Origin: an uncultured Candidatus Saccharibacteria bacterium
GTDB taxonomy: Bacteria; Patescibacteriota; Minisyncoccia; Phycocordibacterales; Phycocordibacteraceae
Direction: 5' to 3'
DNA length: 48,442 nucleotides
NCBI GenBank assembly: GCA_964364605.1
Contig: CAYIMJ010000001.1
Coordinates: 1-48,442, forward strand
The translations under genes were made by a program, and so were the position numbers. This document shows, one piece after another, positions 34,366-42,326 of this stretch. Numbering within the stretch: the stretch's first letter is position 1; each line of letters opens with the position of its first letter. Under the pieces are notes generated by a model. The model saw only the letters and a program-made list of their open reading frames with translations. It was not told the origin of the DNA and did no database searches.

Positions 34366-35901
34366 ATGAGCTATCTCATCGCCATCGTGTCGGGATTCGC
34401 GAGCGGAGTATTTCTCCGCTCGGTTTTTAGTTTTGGATGGCCAGTAATCTGTTTCGTACTTTTGCTCGCCACGATTCTTTTTGCAGTCCCGAGAGTACTT
34501 GCCGTTCATCCTGCGTACACGCTTGCCCCGTTAGAAATCAGATTTCTAACGGGGCTTGGCGCGGCTTTCTGTATTTTTCTTGCCCTCGGTATGGTGCGAA
34601 GCTCACTCGCCGAGACTCCCTTGCCCGACATCTTCGCAAAAGATCTGCGACATCGCGTTTCCTACGAAGGAGTCATTGTCTCCGATCCTGATGTGCGCGA
34701 CGCGAATCAACGCGTTGAAATTCGTGTGTCAGAAAAAGGTGAGTCGACGACTATGCTCGCGGTCGCACCGCGATATCCGAGAGTTATGGTTGGTGATCGT
34801 GTCTATGTCTCAGGCACACTTCTTGTCCCTGAAGCATTTCTCGATGAGAACGGTCGTGTCTTTCGTTATGATAAATATTTGGAGCGCAGTGGTGTGCGTT
34901 TCATTCTAAACTTTGCATATCTGCGTGTCATCGAGAAAGCTCCTTGGTATTCGATACCAGCTTTACTCGCACGAATAAAACATTCATTCCTCGACGGCCT
35001 CTCGACCACACTGCCTGAACCGTATGCCTCACTTGCTGGCGGTGTCGTGATAGGAGGGAAGTCCGGTCTCGGAAGCGAGCTCAAAGAGGTATTCATTCGC
35101 TCAGGTCTCGTACAGATAATTGTTCTGTCCGGCTATAACGTCATGATCGTTGCTGAGTGGGTCATGGCCGCGCTCACATTTACCAAGCTCAGGAAGCGGT
35201 GGGCGGCAGTGGCGGGTGCGTTTGCAATCCTTATCTTCATCGGTGTCGCAGGAGCTTCCGCGACAGCACTTCGCGCCGCGCTCATGGCATTCATCGCACT
35301 CTATGCGCGAGCAACCGGCCGCACGTATGCAGCTGGTCGCGCATTACTGCTCGTCGTATTTCTCATGCTCGTGTGGAATTCTCTCTATCTCGTTTTTGAT
35401 CCAGGCTTCGGACTCTCGGTAACCGCAACCGCAGGACTCATCTGGCTGGCGCCCCTCATCGAAATCATATTTGCTTTCATGAAAAACGCATTCTGGAAGA
35501 ATGCAATTGCGACAACTCTCGCTGCACAAATCGCTGTCCTACCGCTCCTTTTATATGACACTGGGAACCTATCGCTCGTCGCGCTCCCTGCGAACTTGCT
35601 CGTGATGCCTGTTGTGCCTATCGCGATGGGACTCTCCGCATTTGCCGGTTTCGCAGGAATTATTTTCGGAACATTCGCCCCCATGTTTGCCGTCATGCTT
35701 GCACTGCCGGCATACCTTGCGAATGCGTATCTGATATTCATCGCGCAAGAATCTGCCGCACTGCCTTTTGCGGCTTTTACGCTTCCGTTATTCCCGTTCT
35801 GGCTTGTACTCGCTGCCTACGCGGCACTTATTTATTTCGCTTCATCAAAACGCTTCTCGACAACGCTCCAGTTGAGATTCGCAAAAAAGGCGTCAACATA
35901 A
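34366..35901 (+). CDS. comEC: ComEC/Rec2 competence channel protein (DUF4131 + Competence domains, no MBL domain)
   Basis: OB-like DUF4131 region (YEGVIVSDPDVRDANQRVEIRV..GDRVYVSGTL), then a polytopic region with GLVQIIVLSGYNV, GASATALRAALMA. Confidence 0.85.
   Translation: MSYLIAIVSGFASGVFLRSVFSFGWPVICFVLLLATILFAVPRVLAVHPAYTLAPLEIRFLTGLGAAFCIFLALGMVRSSLAETPLPDIFAKDLRHRVSYEGVIVSDPDVRDANQRVEIRVSEKGESTTMLAVAPRYPRVMVGDRVYVSGTLLVPEAFLDENGRVFRYDKYLERSGVRFILNFAYLRVIEKAPWYSIPALLARIKHSFLDGLSTTLPEPYASLAGGVVIGGKSGLGSELKEVFIRSGLVQIIVLSGYNVMIVAEWVMAALTFTKLRKRWAAVAGAFAILIFIGVAGASATALRAALMAFIALYARATGRTYAAGRALLLVVFLMLVWNSLYLVFDPGFGLSVTATAGLIWLAPLIEIIFAFMKNAFWKNAIATTLAAQIAVLPLLLYDTGNLSLVALPANLLVMPVVPIAMGLSAFAGFAGIIFGTFAPMFAVMLALPAYLANAYLIFIAQESAALPFAAFTLPLFPFWLVLAAYAALIYFASSKRFSTTLQLRFAKKAST
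34526..34554. mobile_element. minimal family-A element (two arms plus 3-nt loop) inserted in-frame in comEC
   Basis: CCCCGTTAGAAAT-cag-ATTTCTAACGGGG, flanked by the direct repeat CTTG (34522-34525 and 34555-34558). Translated as PLEIRFLTG. Confidence 0.75.
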
Positions 35902-36422
35902 TTCTTCTTCTCGGCGGGAACGTAGTCCACCATGTACGCATGCTCCCAGAGATCGAGCGCGAGGATGATTGGCAATCCTGAAAGATGACCGACTTCGTGA
36001 TCGTTCACGAAAACAGTCTGAAGCGTCTGCAGGGAAGGATCTGCATAGACAACAACCCAACCGATACCACGACTCCCTGCGACCTCCTTTATATGAGTGA
36101 TGAGATCTTGCGCGCCATACTTTTCTGCAACAACCTTCGCGAGAGAACTATCTGCAGTAAGCGGAGCTGAGCCGCCTTCAAATTGCGCGAAGTAGTATTC
36201 GTGCATGCGCATCCCGTCGAATTCAAATGCAAAACGACGACGCATCTCCGCAACAATATACGGATCGAGTTCAAGCTGGCTGGCGCGAACGGCCGCAAAT
36301 TTCTCCATAAGGAGATTCACGTGCTTTACGTAACCCTCATAGAGAGCGAGGTGCACTTTGATCTGTTTTTCTGAAAGCCCCGAAAGGACAGGGAGGGTAA
36401 ATGTTTTTATTGGATAGGTCAT
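35832..36422 (-). CDS. sodA: Fe/Mn superoxide dismutase
   Basis: HLALYEGYVKHVN, FNGGGH-equivalent region, LALDLWEHAYMVDY, NLNWSVVEKR. The 3' end overlaps the comEC 3' end by 70 nt. Confidence 0.9.
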   Translation of the reverse strand: MTYPIKTFTLPVLSGLSEKQIKVHLALYEGYVKHVNLLMEKFAAVRASQLELDPYIVAEMRRRFAFEFDGMRMHEYYFAQFEGGSAPLTADSSLAKVVAEKYGAQDLITHIKEVAGSRGIGWVVVYADPSLQTLQTVFVNDHEVGHLSGLPIILALDLWEHAYMVDYVPAEKKNYVDAFFANLNWSVVEKRFDEAK

Positions 36423-36439
36423 AGGATAAAATCTATCAC

Positions 36440-36931
36440 ATGCCGCGTGAACTGCCGAGAAGTTTTTATCTCCTACTTTTTGTCGTGCTCATTCTAGGAA
36501 ACGTCAGCATCTACCGGGAAATATTCGCGGCAGAAGTACTCAAAGTATCGATACTGGAGGTTGGAAAGAAGGGGAGTGCGGTTCTCATGCGAAGCCCGAG
36601 CGGCGCAACCATTCTCATTGATACCGGCCCTGATGCGAGCATCCTGCGAGCGCTCGGAAGTGAGCTGCCGCCATGGAAGCGCACCATTGACGCTGTCTTG
36701 CTTACCAGCGAGAAAACCAGTGCGGCTGGTGGACTGGCGGATGTCACGAGCCGCTACCGGGTCAAGACTGTCATAAAATCTGGCACGCGCTTCTTGCTCG
36801 GGAACACCTCCATCACTATTCTTTCGCTCGGAACATTCGATATTTCTTACGGCGCCACACGGCTCACAATCTCTTCTTCCACACCCAAAGGCGTCTATCT
36901 TTCAAACGGAGAAACAGTCACCCAAATATAA
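36440..36931 (+). CDS. ComEC-type metallo-beta-lactamase-like domain protein, catalytic motif degenerate
   Basis: VSILEVGKKGSAVLMRSPSGATILIDTGPD...IDAVLLTSEKTSAAGGL parallels the ComEC MBL pattern (fLDVGQGDa.li...LIDtG...D.lilTH.D.DH.GG), but the H.H.DH residues are absent. Confidence 0.6.
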   Translation: MPRELPRSFYLLLFVVLILGNVSIYREIFAAEVLKVSILEVGKKGSAVLMRSPSGATILIDTGPDASILRALGSELPPWKRTIDAVLLTSEKTSAAGGLADVTSRYRVKTVIKSGTRFLLGNTSITILSLGTFDISYGATRLTISSSTPKGVYLSNGETVTQI

Positions 36932-36962
36932 GCTACTCGGTAGAGGTTTTTACCGTCTGTTT

Positions 36963-37253
36963 CTAGCGAGGCTGTAATAGCGAAGTGCCTCGTTCAAAAT
37001 TCTCTCCTATCCATGAAATTTGCCCTATCATTGGGCCGAAAATTCCCAAGGCTATCGTTGCAAGTATTGCGGAACCGATAAAAAATCCGACGCCGTAAAT
37101 AATTCCAGTACCTAGTATATATTTTATAGAGTTCCGACGTTCAATGCCGGAATTCAGAATCTCCAGTTGCTTGATGATCTTATTGTTCTGATCCTCGATG
37201 TTCATGTCGACGAGTATAGCATTCAATATTGGAATTTCTCGCGGAGCATACAT
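36963..37253 (-). CDS. small membrane protein, unknown function
   Basis: 96 aa with a C-terminal hydrophobic hairpin (ILGTGIIYGVGFFIGSAILATIALGIFGPMI). AT-rich gene. Confidence 0.55.
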   Translation of the reverse strand: MYAPREIPILNAILVDMNIEDQNNKIIKQLEILNSGIERRNSIKYILGTGIIYGVGFFIGSAILATIALGIFGPMIGQISWIGENFERGTSLLQPR

Positions 37254-37273
37254 GTCCCGATTCCCATTTTTAA

Positions 37274-38155
37274 TTACCTAGCAAAAGATTTGGAAATTTC
37301 AATGATTTTTTCTAACGTATAACCACCCGGCATATTGCTAAAATCAATAACCGAGCAGCTGTCGCCCCTTTTAAAATTCGCCTTATAATATACGTTGGGT
37401 ATTTTGAGTTGGTAGAGTGTTAGTTTTGTGTCACCAAGATTTTCTTCATAAACTTTATGTATGCCGTTCTCTGCATCAGATATGTCAAAACCAATATCCA
37501 TTATTGAACCGATGGAAATACAATTTTTATATCCATGCTTTTGAGTATCATTTCCGATGGTAGACCCATAGAATTGGATATATGAGTTGGGATAAAATAT
37601 TAAACCAACATTGCTTGGGTCTTTAAGAAAAGATCTCACCGCTTGTCCAAAAGCGTCTATTTTTTCATTTCTTTTTTTATATATGTTCACATAGTACGTT
37701 CCATCCTTTTTTGCTTCCGTAAAATACGGCTCAAAATCTTTATCTATTAGATTGACCGTTGTTGCGTTTGGAATATACAGTTGCGCACTCATAGAAACAG
37801 GGATTTCATCAGTGTAGATTGCCGATATTTGCGCTGATATTTGTCTTGACTGATTGAATAACTGGACAAACTGAAAAGTAAATTTAATAGGTAGGTAGGA
37901 AAGAATAATTAAAACTACCAGAAAAAGTATGCTGGGTTTTAGCGCCTCTCTTTTATACGAAAGATATAGACTTAAACAAATTAATATTATCGCCAAAACT
38001 GCAACCGGTGATGCATACAAAATGTATATGCCAAAGACAAACCCGATTGCGTAAGAAACATCTATTTGAACGAGTTGAGGCAATATAATCCTAGCGACAA
38101 CCAATATGTAATAAATACCGAGAATTGCCAACGAGATCTTTTTAATTATTTTCAT
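37274..38155 (-). CDS. membrane protein, unknown function (AT-rich gene)
   Basis: Three N-terminal TM helices followed by a soluble domain. Markedly AT-rich codon usage compared with its neighbours. Confidence 0.6.
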   Translation of the reverse strand: MKIIKKISLAILGIYYILVVARIILPQLVQIDVSYAIGFVFGIYILYASPVAVLAIILICLSLYLSYKREALKPSILFLVVLIILSYLPIKFTFQFVQLFNQSRQISAQISAIYTDEIPVSMSAQLYIPNATTVNLIDKDFEPYFTEAKKDGTYYVNIYKKRNEKIDAFGQAVRSFLKDPSNVGLIFYPNSYIQFYGSTIGNDTQKHGYKNCISIGSIMDIGFDISDAENGIHKVYEENLGDTKLTLYQLKIPNVYYKANFKRGDSCSVIDFSNMPGGYTLEKIIEISKSFAR

Positions 38156-38254
38156 GGAAAATATTCAATAAGTGTCGCTATTGTTATTGCGATTTTACCA
38201 TAAACAAAAACGGGTTCTCATTCTGAGGTGTGGGGAAGTTGGACTTCCCTGGCA

Positions 38255-38340
38255 ACTACTGAACTACCCAGTAGGTGATTGTGCTCAATCACCCAGTAGG
38301 CGAATCAGTAGATTCGTGACTCGGTCATAAATTCTACTGA
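38255..38340. repeat. cluster of short repeats and hairpins (CCCAGTAGG units; TCAGTAG/CTACTGA)
   Basis: CCCAGTAGG + GTGATTG-tgct-CAATCAC, then CCCAGTAGG + CGAATC-agta-GATTCG. CTACTGA occurs at 38257 and 38334. Preceded by the hairpin GGGAAGT-tgg-ACTTCCC (38233-38249). Confidence 0.6.
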
Positions 38341-38341
38341 A

Positions 38342-38584
38342 TCAAATAGCTCCTGCCTTCTTGAGCGCCGCAAAAGCGCCGTTCTTTTTGATAGTCTTGA
38401 GCCCCTTTACTGAAACATCGACGATGACAGTCTTGCCGAGTTCGGCGACATAGATGCGACGCTTCTGGAGATTTGCCTTGCGGCGGACCTTGCCGACCGG
38501 GTTATATTGCGTCGCGCGAGTACGGTTAGAGTACCGCCCGCCAATTTGCGTCGATTTACCTGTTATTTCACATTGTCTTGCCAT
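38342..38584 (-). CDS. rpmB: 50S ribosomal protein L28
   Basis: MARQCEITGKSTQIGGRYSNRTRATQYNPVGKVRRKANLQKRRIYV. The true start is ATG 38584. The longer 38342..38863 ORF is an upstream artefact. Confidence 0.9.
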   Translation of the reverse strand: MARQCEITGKSTQIGGRYSNRTRATQYNPVGKVRRKANLQKRRIYVAELGKTVIVDVSVKGLKTIKKNGAFAALKKAGAI

Positions 38585-38699
38585 AATAAAAGTAATTTGG
38601 TAGATACCTTGGCTTAGGAGGCCTGCCCCGTAGCCAGCCGAGCGAAGCAAGGCTGTGGTACTGGGGCGCATGGTAGCATAGGATACGAAACCAGCAAAC

Positions 38700-39371
38700 A
38701 TGGCCACACTCCTTACCTTCGCTATCCTTATCATATCCATCATCGCGCACGAAGTAGCGCACGGGTACGCTGCCAATTCGCTTGGGGATCCGACCGCCCG
38801 CCTCGCAGGACGCCTCACCCTCAATCCGCTCCCGCATATCGACCTCATGGGCTCAATCGTCATTCCCGCCCTCCTTGCTTTCGGGGGTTCGCCGATATTC
38901 TTCGGTTGGGCGAAGCCGGTTCCGTATAACCCCTACAATCTCACGAATCAACGCTGGGGCGAGGCGCTTGTCGCGATCGCCGGCAGCGCGACGAACATCT
39001 GTCTCGCGATTGTGTTCGGACTTTTGGTTCGATTTGGTTCGACATCTGGACTCGATGCGACAACACTTTCTCTCGCCGCTGTCATTGCCTTCGTCAATCT
39101 TTTCCTCGGTCTTTTCAACCTTATCCCGTTCCCACCGCTTGATGGTTTTACCGCCCTGCGTGCCGCACTCCCTTGGAACCTCTCTTCAGACTTGAGTCGA
39201 CTTGAGCACCAAGTTCGTACGGCCGGAATGCTTCCACTTATCCTCTTCCTCATTATTTTCTCCTATATCTTCGCCGGACCGTTCTTCAATCTCGTCGTAT
39301 GGCTCCTCGGACTCATTGCGAGCCACGATATATATGTACTCCTTGGACTCATTGCGAGCAGCGGTATATAG
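38700..39371 (+). CDS. site-2 protease family (peptidase M50) membrane metalloprotease
   Basis: IIAHEVAHGYAANSLGDPTA...GRLTLNPLPHIDLMGS and NLIPFPPLDG motifs. Confidence 0.88.
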   Translation: MATLLTFAILIISIIAHEVAHGYAANSLGDPTARLAGRLTLNPLPHIDLMGSIVIPALLAFGGSPIFFGWAKPVPYNPYNLTNQRWGEALVAIAGSATNICLAIVFGLLVRFGSTSGLDATTLSLAAVIAFVNLFLGLFNLIPFPPLDGFTALRAALPWNLSSDLSRLEHQVRTAGMLPLILFLIIFSYIFAGPFFNLVVWLLGLIASHDIYVLLGLIASSGI

Positions 39372-39385
39372 TGCGATATATGGAT

Positions 39386-39497
39386 CCCGTTAGAAATCGC
39401 GAACGCTGCAATCGAGGAATGGATCCAATTATAAGCTCTAATCGGATAGGGTTCGGCTGCACCGCATCTGGTGTGTCCGCGCCCTATTTCTAACGGG
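39386..39497. mobile_element. family-A inverted-repeat mini-element (112 nt) between duplicated start codons of the DUF3467 gene
   Basis: Arms at 39386-39397 and 39486-39497. Flanks are ATGGAT (39380-39385) and ATGGAC (39498-39503). Confidence 0.75.
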
Positions 39498-39755
39498 ATG
39501 GACTTCAACAAAATCCCCAAGCAATTCTGTGAAAATGTCGTCGCAGGGCACTCCGAAGAAAATTTCGTCATGATTATGAGCGTCGGCGAAACAGCCAATG
39601 CCTACGCACTCACGCCGCCACACATGAAGCGACTCGTGCAGAGCCTCAATCATCAAGTCGAGGAGTATGAGAAAAAGTTTGGCCCTATTCAGGCAAAGTG
39701 GACCCCGGGCATCGAAAGTCCCCTCCAATCGAAAGACATCCGGGGCGATAAGTAA
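39498..39755 (+). CDS. DUF3467 family protein
   Basis: MDFNKIPKQFCENVVAGHSEENFVMIM......LTPPHMKRLVQSLNHQVEEYEKKFGPI fits the DUF3467 pattern. Confidence 0.75.
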   Translation: MDFNKIPKQFCENVVAGHSEENFVMIMSVGETANAYALTPPHMKRLVQSLNHQVEEYEKKFGPIQAKWTPGIESPLQSKDIRGDK

Positions 39756-39767
39756 CAGACGGGGAAG

Positions 39768-41111
39768 GTGTCATACGGCATGAATGTATCCACACCGACT
39801 ATCCTGATCATCGTTGGAATTACCGGCGACCTTTCGAGACGAAAATTACTGCCGGCGATTAGTAAGCTCGCAGCCGCCGGCGTCCTGCCGCAACAGTTTC
39901 GCATCGTCGGAATTACACGGAAGAAGAACGTCATGCTCGACAGTCTCCTTGAAGGAGTTACGGGCTCAGAGCATATTCGCGAGAATATAGAGCTATTTTC
40001 GATGTCCCTTACCGACAGTGCGGACTACGAGCGCTTAAGTACCCACCTTAACGATATTAGTACCGAGCTCGGTGGCGCTCCGCAACGCCTCTGGTATCTT
40101 TCGGTACCCCCGGAAACAGCGTGGCCTATTATTGAACAGCTCGGGGCGTCTGGACTTGCAAAAGTTCCCCATACAAAACTGCTTCTCGAAAAACCATTCG
40201 GGACCGATGAAAAAAGTGCGCATGAACTCGTCGCACATATCGAGCGCTCATTTGCACCTGAACAAGTCTATCGTGTCGACCACTATCTCGCTAAGGAAAC
40301 GGTTCAAAATATCATCGCCTTTCGCCGCGACAACTCCTTCTTTGAACATGCCTGGAACCAGAGTGCTATCGAGCGCATTGACATCCTTGCGAGCGAAACC
40401 ATCGGCATCGAAGGCAGAGCCACTTTTTATGAACAGACTGGAGCTCTCCGTGATTTGATTCAAAGCCATCTATTGCAGCTTGCTGCGCTTACGCTCATGG
40501 CTCTGCCGGAAAACGATGATCGGCAGAATATTCCAAAAGCACGTCATGCATTACTACAGACACTTCATGTCGATCCTAATCACATTCACCTCGGCCAATA
40601 TGAAAAATACCGCGAAGAAGTTACCAACCTGACGTCAGAGGTCGAAACATTCGCCTCTCTCACATTCTTTTCTACGGATCCCCGCTGGAAGGATGTGCCA
40701 ATCACTCTTACAACCGGTAAAGCCCTCGCCGAAAAGAAAACCGAAGTCATCGTGACGTACCGTCGCAATAACGCATCAGCGGCGAATCGCCTCACGATTA
40801 AAATCCAGCCAGACGAAGGAATCGAGCTTTGTTTTTTTGCCAAGCGTCCAGGATATGAGCACGTGCTTGAACGCGTCCCGCTCGCATTTACGTATGCTGA
40901 ACATTTCACTACACTTCCCGATGCTTATGAACATATTTTCCTCGGTGCCCTACATGGTGACCACACCCTTTTCGTCTCAAACGACGAAGTGCATGAGTCG
41001 TGGCGCATCGTTGATGCTGCCCGCAAAGAGTGGGGTCTTCATGCGAGAGCGCTCATTTCGTATCCTCGCGGTTCCACGGTAGAAGAAGTGCTTGCAAAGA
41101 GCGCACCATAA
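39768..41111 (+). CDS. zwf: glucose-6-phosphate dehydrogenase
   Basis: IVGITGDLSRRKLLPA, EKPFG, YRVDHYLAKETVQNI, LRDLIQSHLLQL. ATG 39780 is an alternative start. Confidence 0.92.
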   Translation: MSYGMNVSTPTILIIVGITGDLSRRKLLPAISKLAAAGVLPQQFRIVGITRKKNVMLDSLLEGVTGSEHIRENIELFSMSLTDSADYERLSTHLNDISTELGGAPQRLWYLSVPPETAWPIIEQLGASGLAKVPHTKLLLEKPFGTDEKSAHELVAHIERSFAPEQVYRVDHYLAKETVQNIIAFRRDNSFFEHAWNQSAIERIDILASETIGIEGRATFYEQTGALRDLIQSHLLQLAALTLMALPENDDRQNIPKARHALLQTLHVDPNHIHLGQYEKYREEVTNLTSEVETFASLTFFSTDPRWKDVPITLTTGKALAEKKTEVIVTYRRNNASAANRLTIKIQPDEGIELCFFAKRPGYEHVLERVPLAFTYAEHFTTLPDAYEHIFLGALHGDHTLFVSNDEVHESWRIVDAARKEWGLHARALISYPRGSTVEEVLAKSAP

Positions 41112-41240
41112 ATCTTCACAGTTCTTGTAACGTCCGTAACAACCTTTTAATTTAATAAGGTGCGGGTGTGTTACTCGGCAATACGCAGTTGTGGCCGTAC
41201 TCGACAACATGATGAGGAATCGGCTGCTATACTGAGGGAG

Positions 41241-41684
41241 ATGGAGTACCATGTGCCGCAATTCATCGAGGTCGAGGACAAGATCATTGGACCATTGACC
41301 TTGCGACAATTCATTTACATCGCCGGTGCGGGCGGACTCTGCGTCGTATTCTTTTCCTATCTGCCGTTCATCGTCGCTCTCCTGTTATCAGCTCCGGTAG
41401 TAGCGCTCGCAGCTGCGCTCGCGTTCTATAAAGTGAATGGGAAATCATTCATCGAGATGCTTGAGGCTGGCTTCAACTACTACACAGGAGCGAAACTATT
41501 CCTCTGGAAAAAACGAGAGCAAAAAGAAGGGGAGCGGAGCGCCGCCGCCGAAGCGGCAGCAGCCGCAGAAATATCTCTCCGCGAGGTTCGCGGCACCCCG
41601 AAGCTTACGAGAGGGAAGCTCTCGGAGCTCGCATGGTCACTTGATGTGAAATCGCAGAATCCTGAACTTCAAACCAAAGAATAA
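41241..41684 (+). CDS. PrgI family (VirB3-like) membrane protein of a Gram-positive-type T4SS
   Basis: MEYHVPQFIEVEDKIIGPLTLRQFIYIAGAGGL followed by two TM helices is the PrgI signature. TATACT lies 7 nt upstream of ATG. Confidence 0.75.
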   Translation: MEYHVPQFIEVEDKIIGPLTLRQFIYIAGAGGLCVVFFSYLPFIVALLLSAPVVALAAALAFYKVNGKSFIEMLEAGFNYYTGAKLFLWKKREQKEGERSAAAEAAAAAEISLREVRGTPKLTRGKLSELAWSLDVKSQNPELQTKE

Positions 41685-41688
41685 TAGT

Positions 41689-42324
41689 ATGGCGACCAAA
41701 CCATCGGGTGCGACACAGCAGTTTGTTCCGGTCAAAGAAATCCGGAACGGGACGATCATCCTTAAAGACGGCGGGTACCGTGGCGTACTTATCTGCTCCT
41801 CTATTAACTTCGGCCTCAAATCAGCGGACGAGCAACACGCGATCACTCTCGGCTTCCAGAATTTCCTCAACACACTCGATTTCTCGATTCAGATTGTAGT
41901 GAACTCACGCAAGATGGACTTGCGTCCCTACTTAGCGCTCCTTGAGGAGAAGGCACCGGAACAAAAAACCGAGCTTATGCGGATCCAGCTGCGCGAATAT
42001 ATCGAGTTCGTCCGCTCTTTTGCCGACCAGGCGAACATCATGACAAAATCTTTCTATATCATCGTGCCCTACGCACCACACGTTTCTGCTACTCGAGCTA
42101 TCAGCTTCCTCCGGCGAGAAAGCGCCGCCACAAAGAATACGGCGGCACAGGCATCCTTCGAACAGGACCGTGCACAACTTGAGCAGCGCCTTTCTCTCGT
42201 CATCGGAGGCTTAGCGGGCACCGGAGTGCGCGCAGTTCCTCTCGGGACCGAGGAAGTGATCGAGCTCCTCTACCGGTCCTTCAACCCGGGAGAGCTCGAA
42301 AATCCTATTCGCTTGGATAATTAA
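41689..42324 (+). CDS. hypothetical T4SS-cluster protein (resembles VirB4/TraC N-terminal region)
   Basis: QQFVPVKEIRNGTIILKDGGYRGVLICSSINFGLKSADEQ..I..GFQNFLNTLDFSIQIVV resembles the N-terminal domain pattern of Gram-positive VirB4-like proteins. Tightly packed between prgI-like and virB4-like genes. Confidence 0.5.
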   Translation: MATKPSGATQQFVPVKEIRNGTIILKDGGYRGVLICSSINFGLKSADEQHAITLGFQNFLNTLDFSIQIVVNSRKMDLRPYLALLEEKAPEQKTELMRIQLREYIEFVRSFADQANIMTKSFYIIVPYAPHVSATRAISFLRRESAATKNTAAQASFEQDRAQLEQRLSLVIGGLAGTGVRAVPLGTEEVIELLYRSFNPGELENPIRLDN

Positions 42325-42326
42325 AT

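Noticed and set aside
34527-34538. Similarity of CCCGTTAGAA to the Neisseria DNA uptake sequence GCCGTCTGAA (7/10 positions).
   Set aside because: A 7/10 match between two 10-mers is easily chance, and the taxa are unrelated. The functional analogy (an uptake signal) is kept only as an untested alternative in the main finding.
38585-38863. N-terminal extension of the L28 ORF (38342-38863, 173 aa).
   Set aside because: L28 is about 80 aa, and MARQCEITGK at ATG 38584 is the canonical start. The extension overlaps the M50 protease gene on the other strand.
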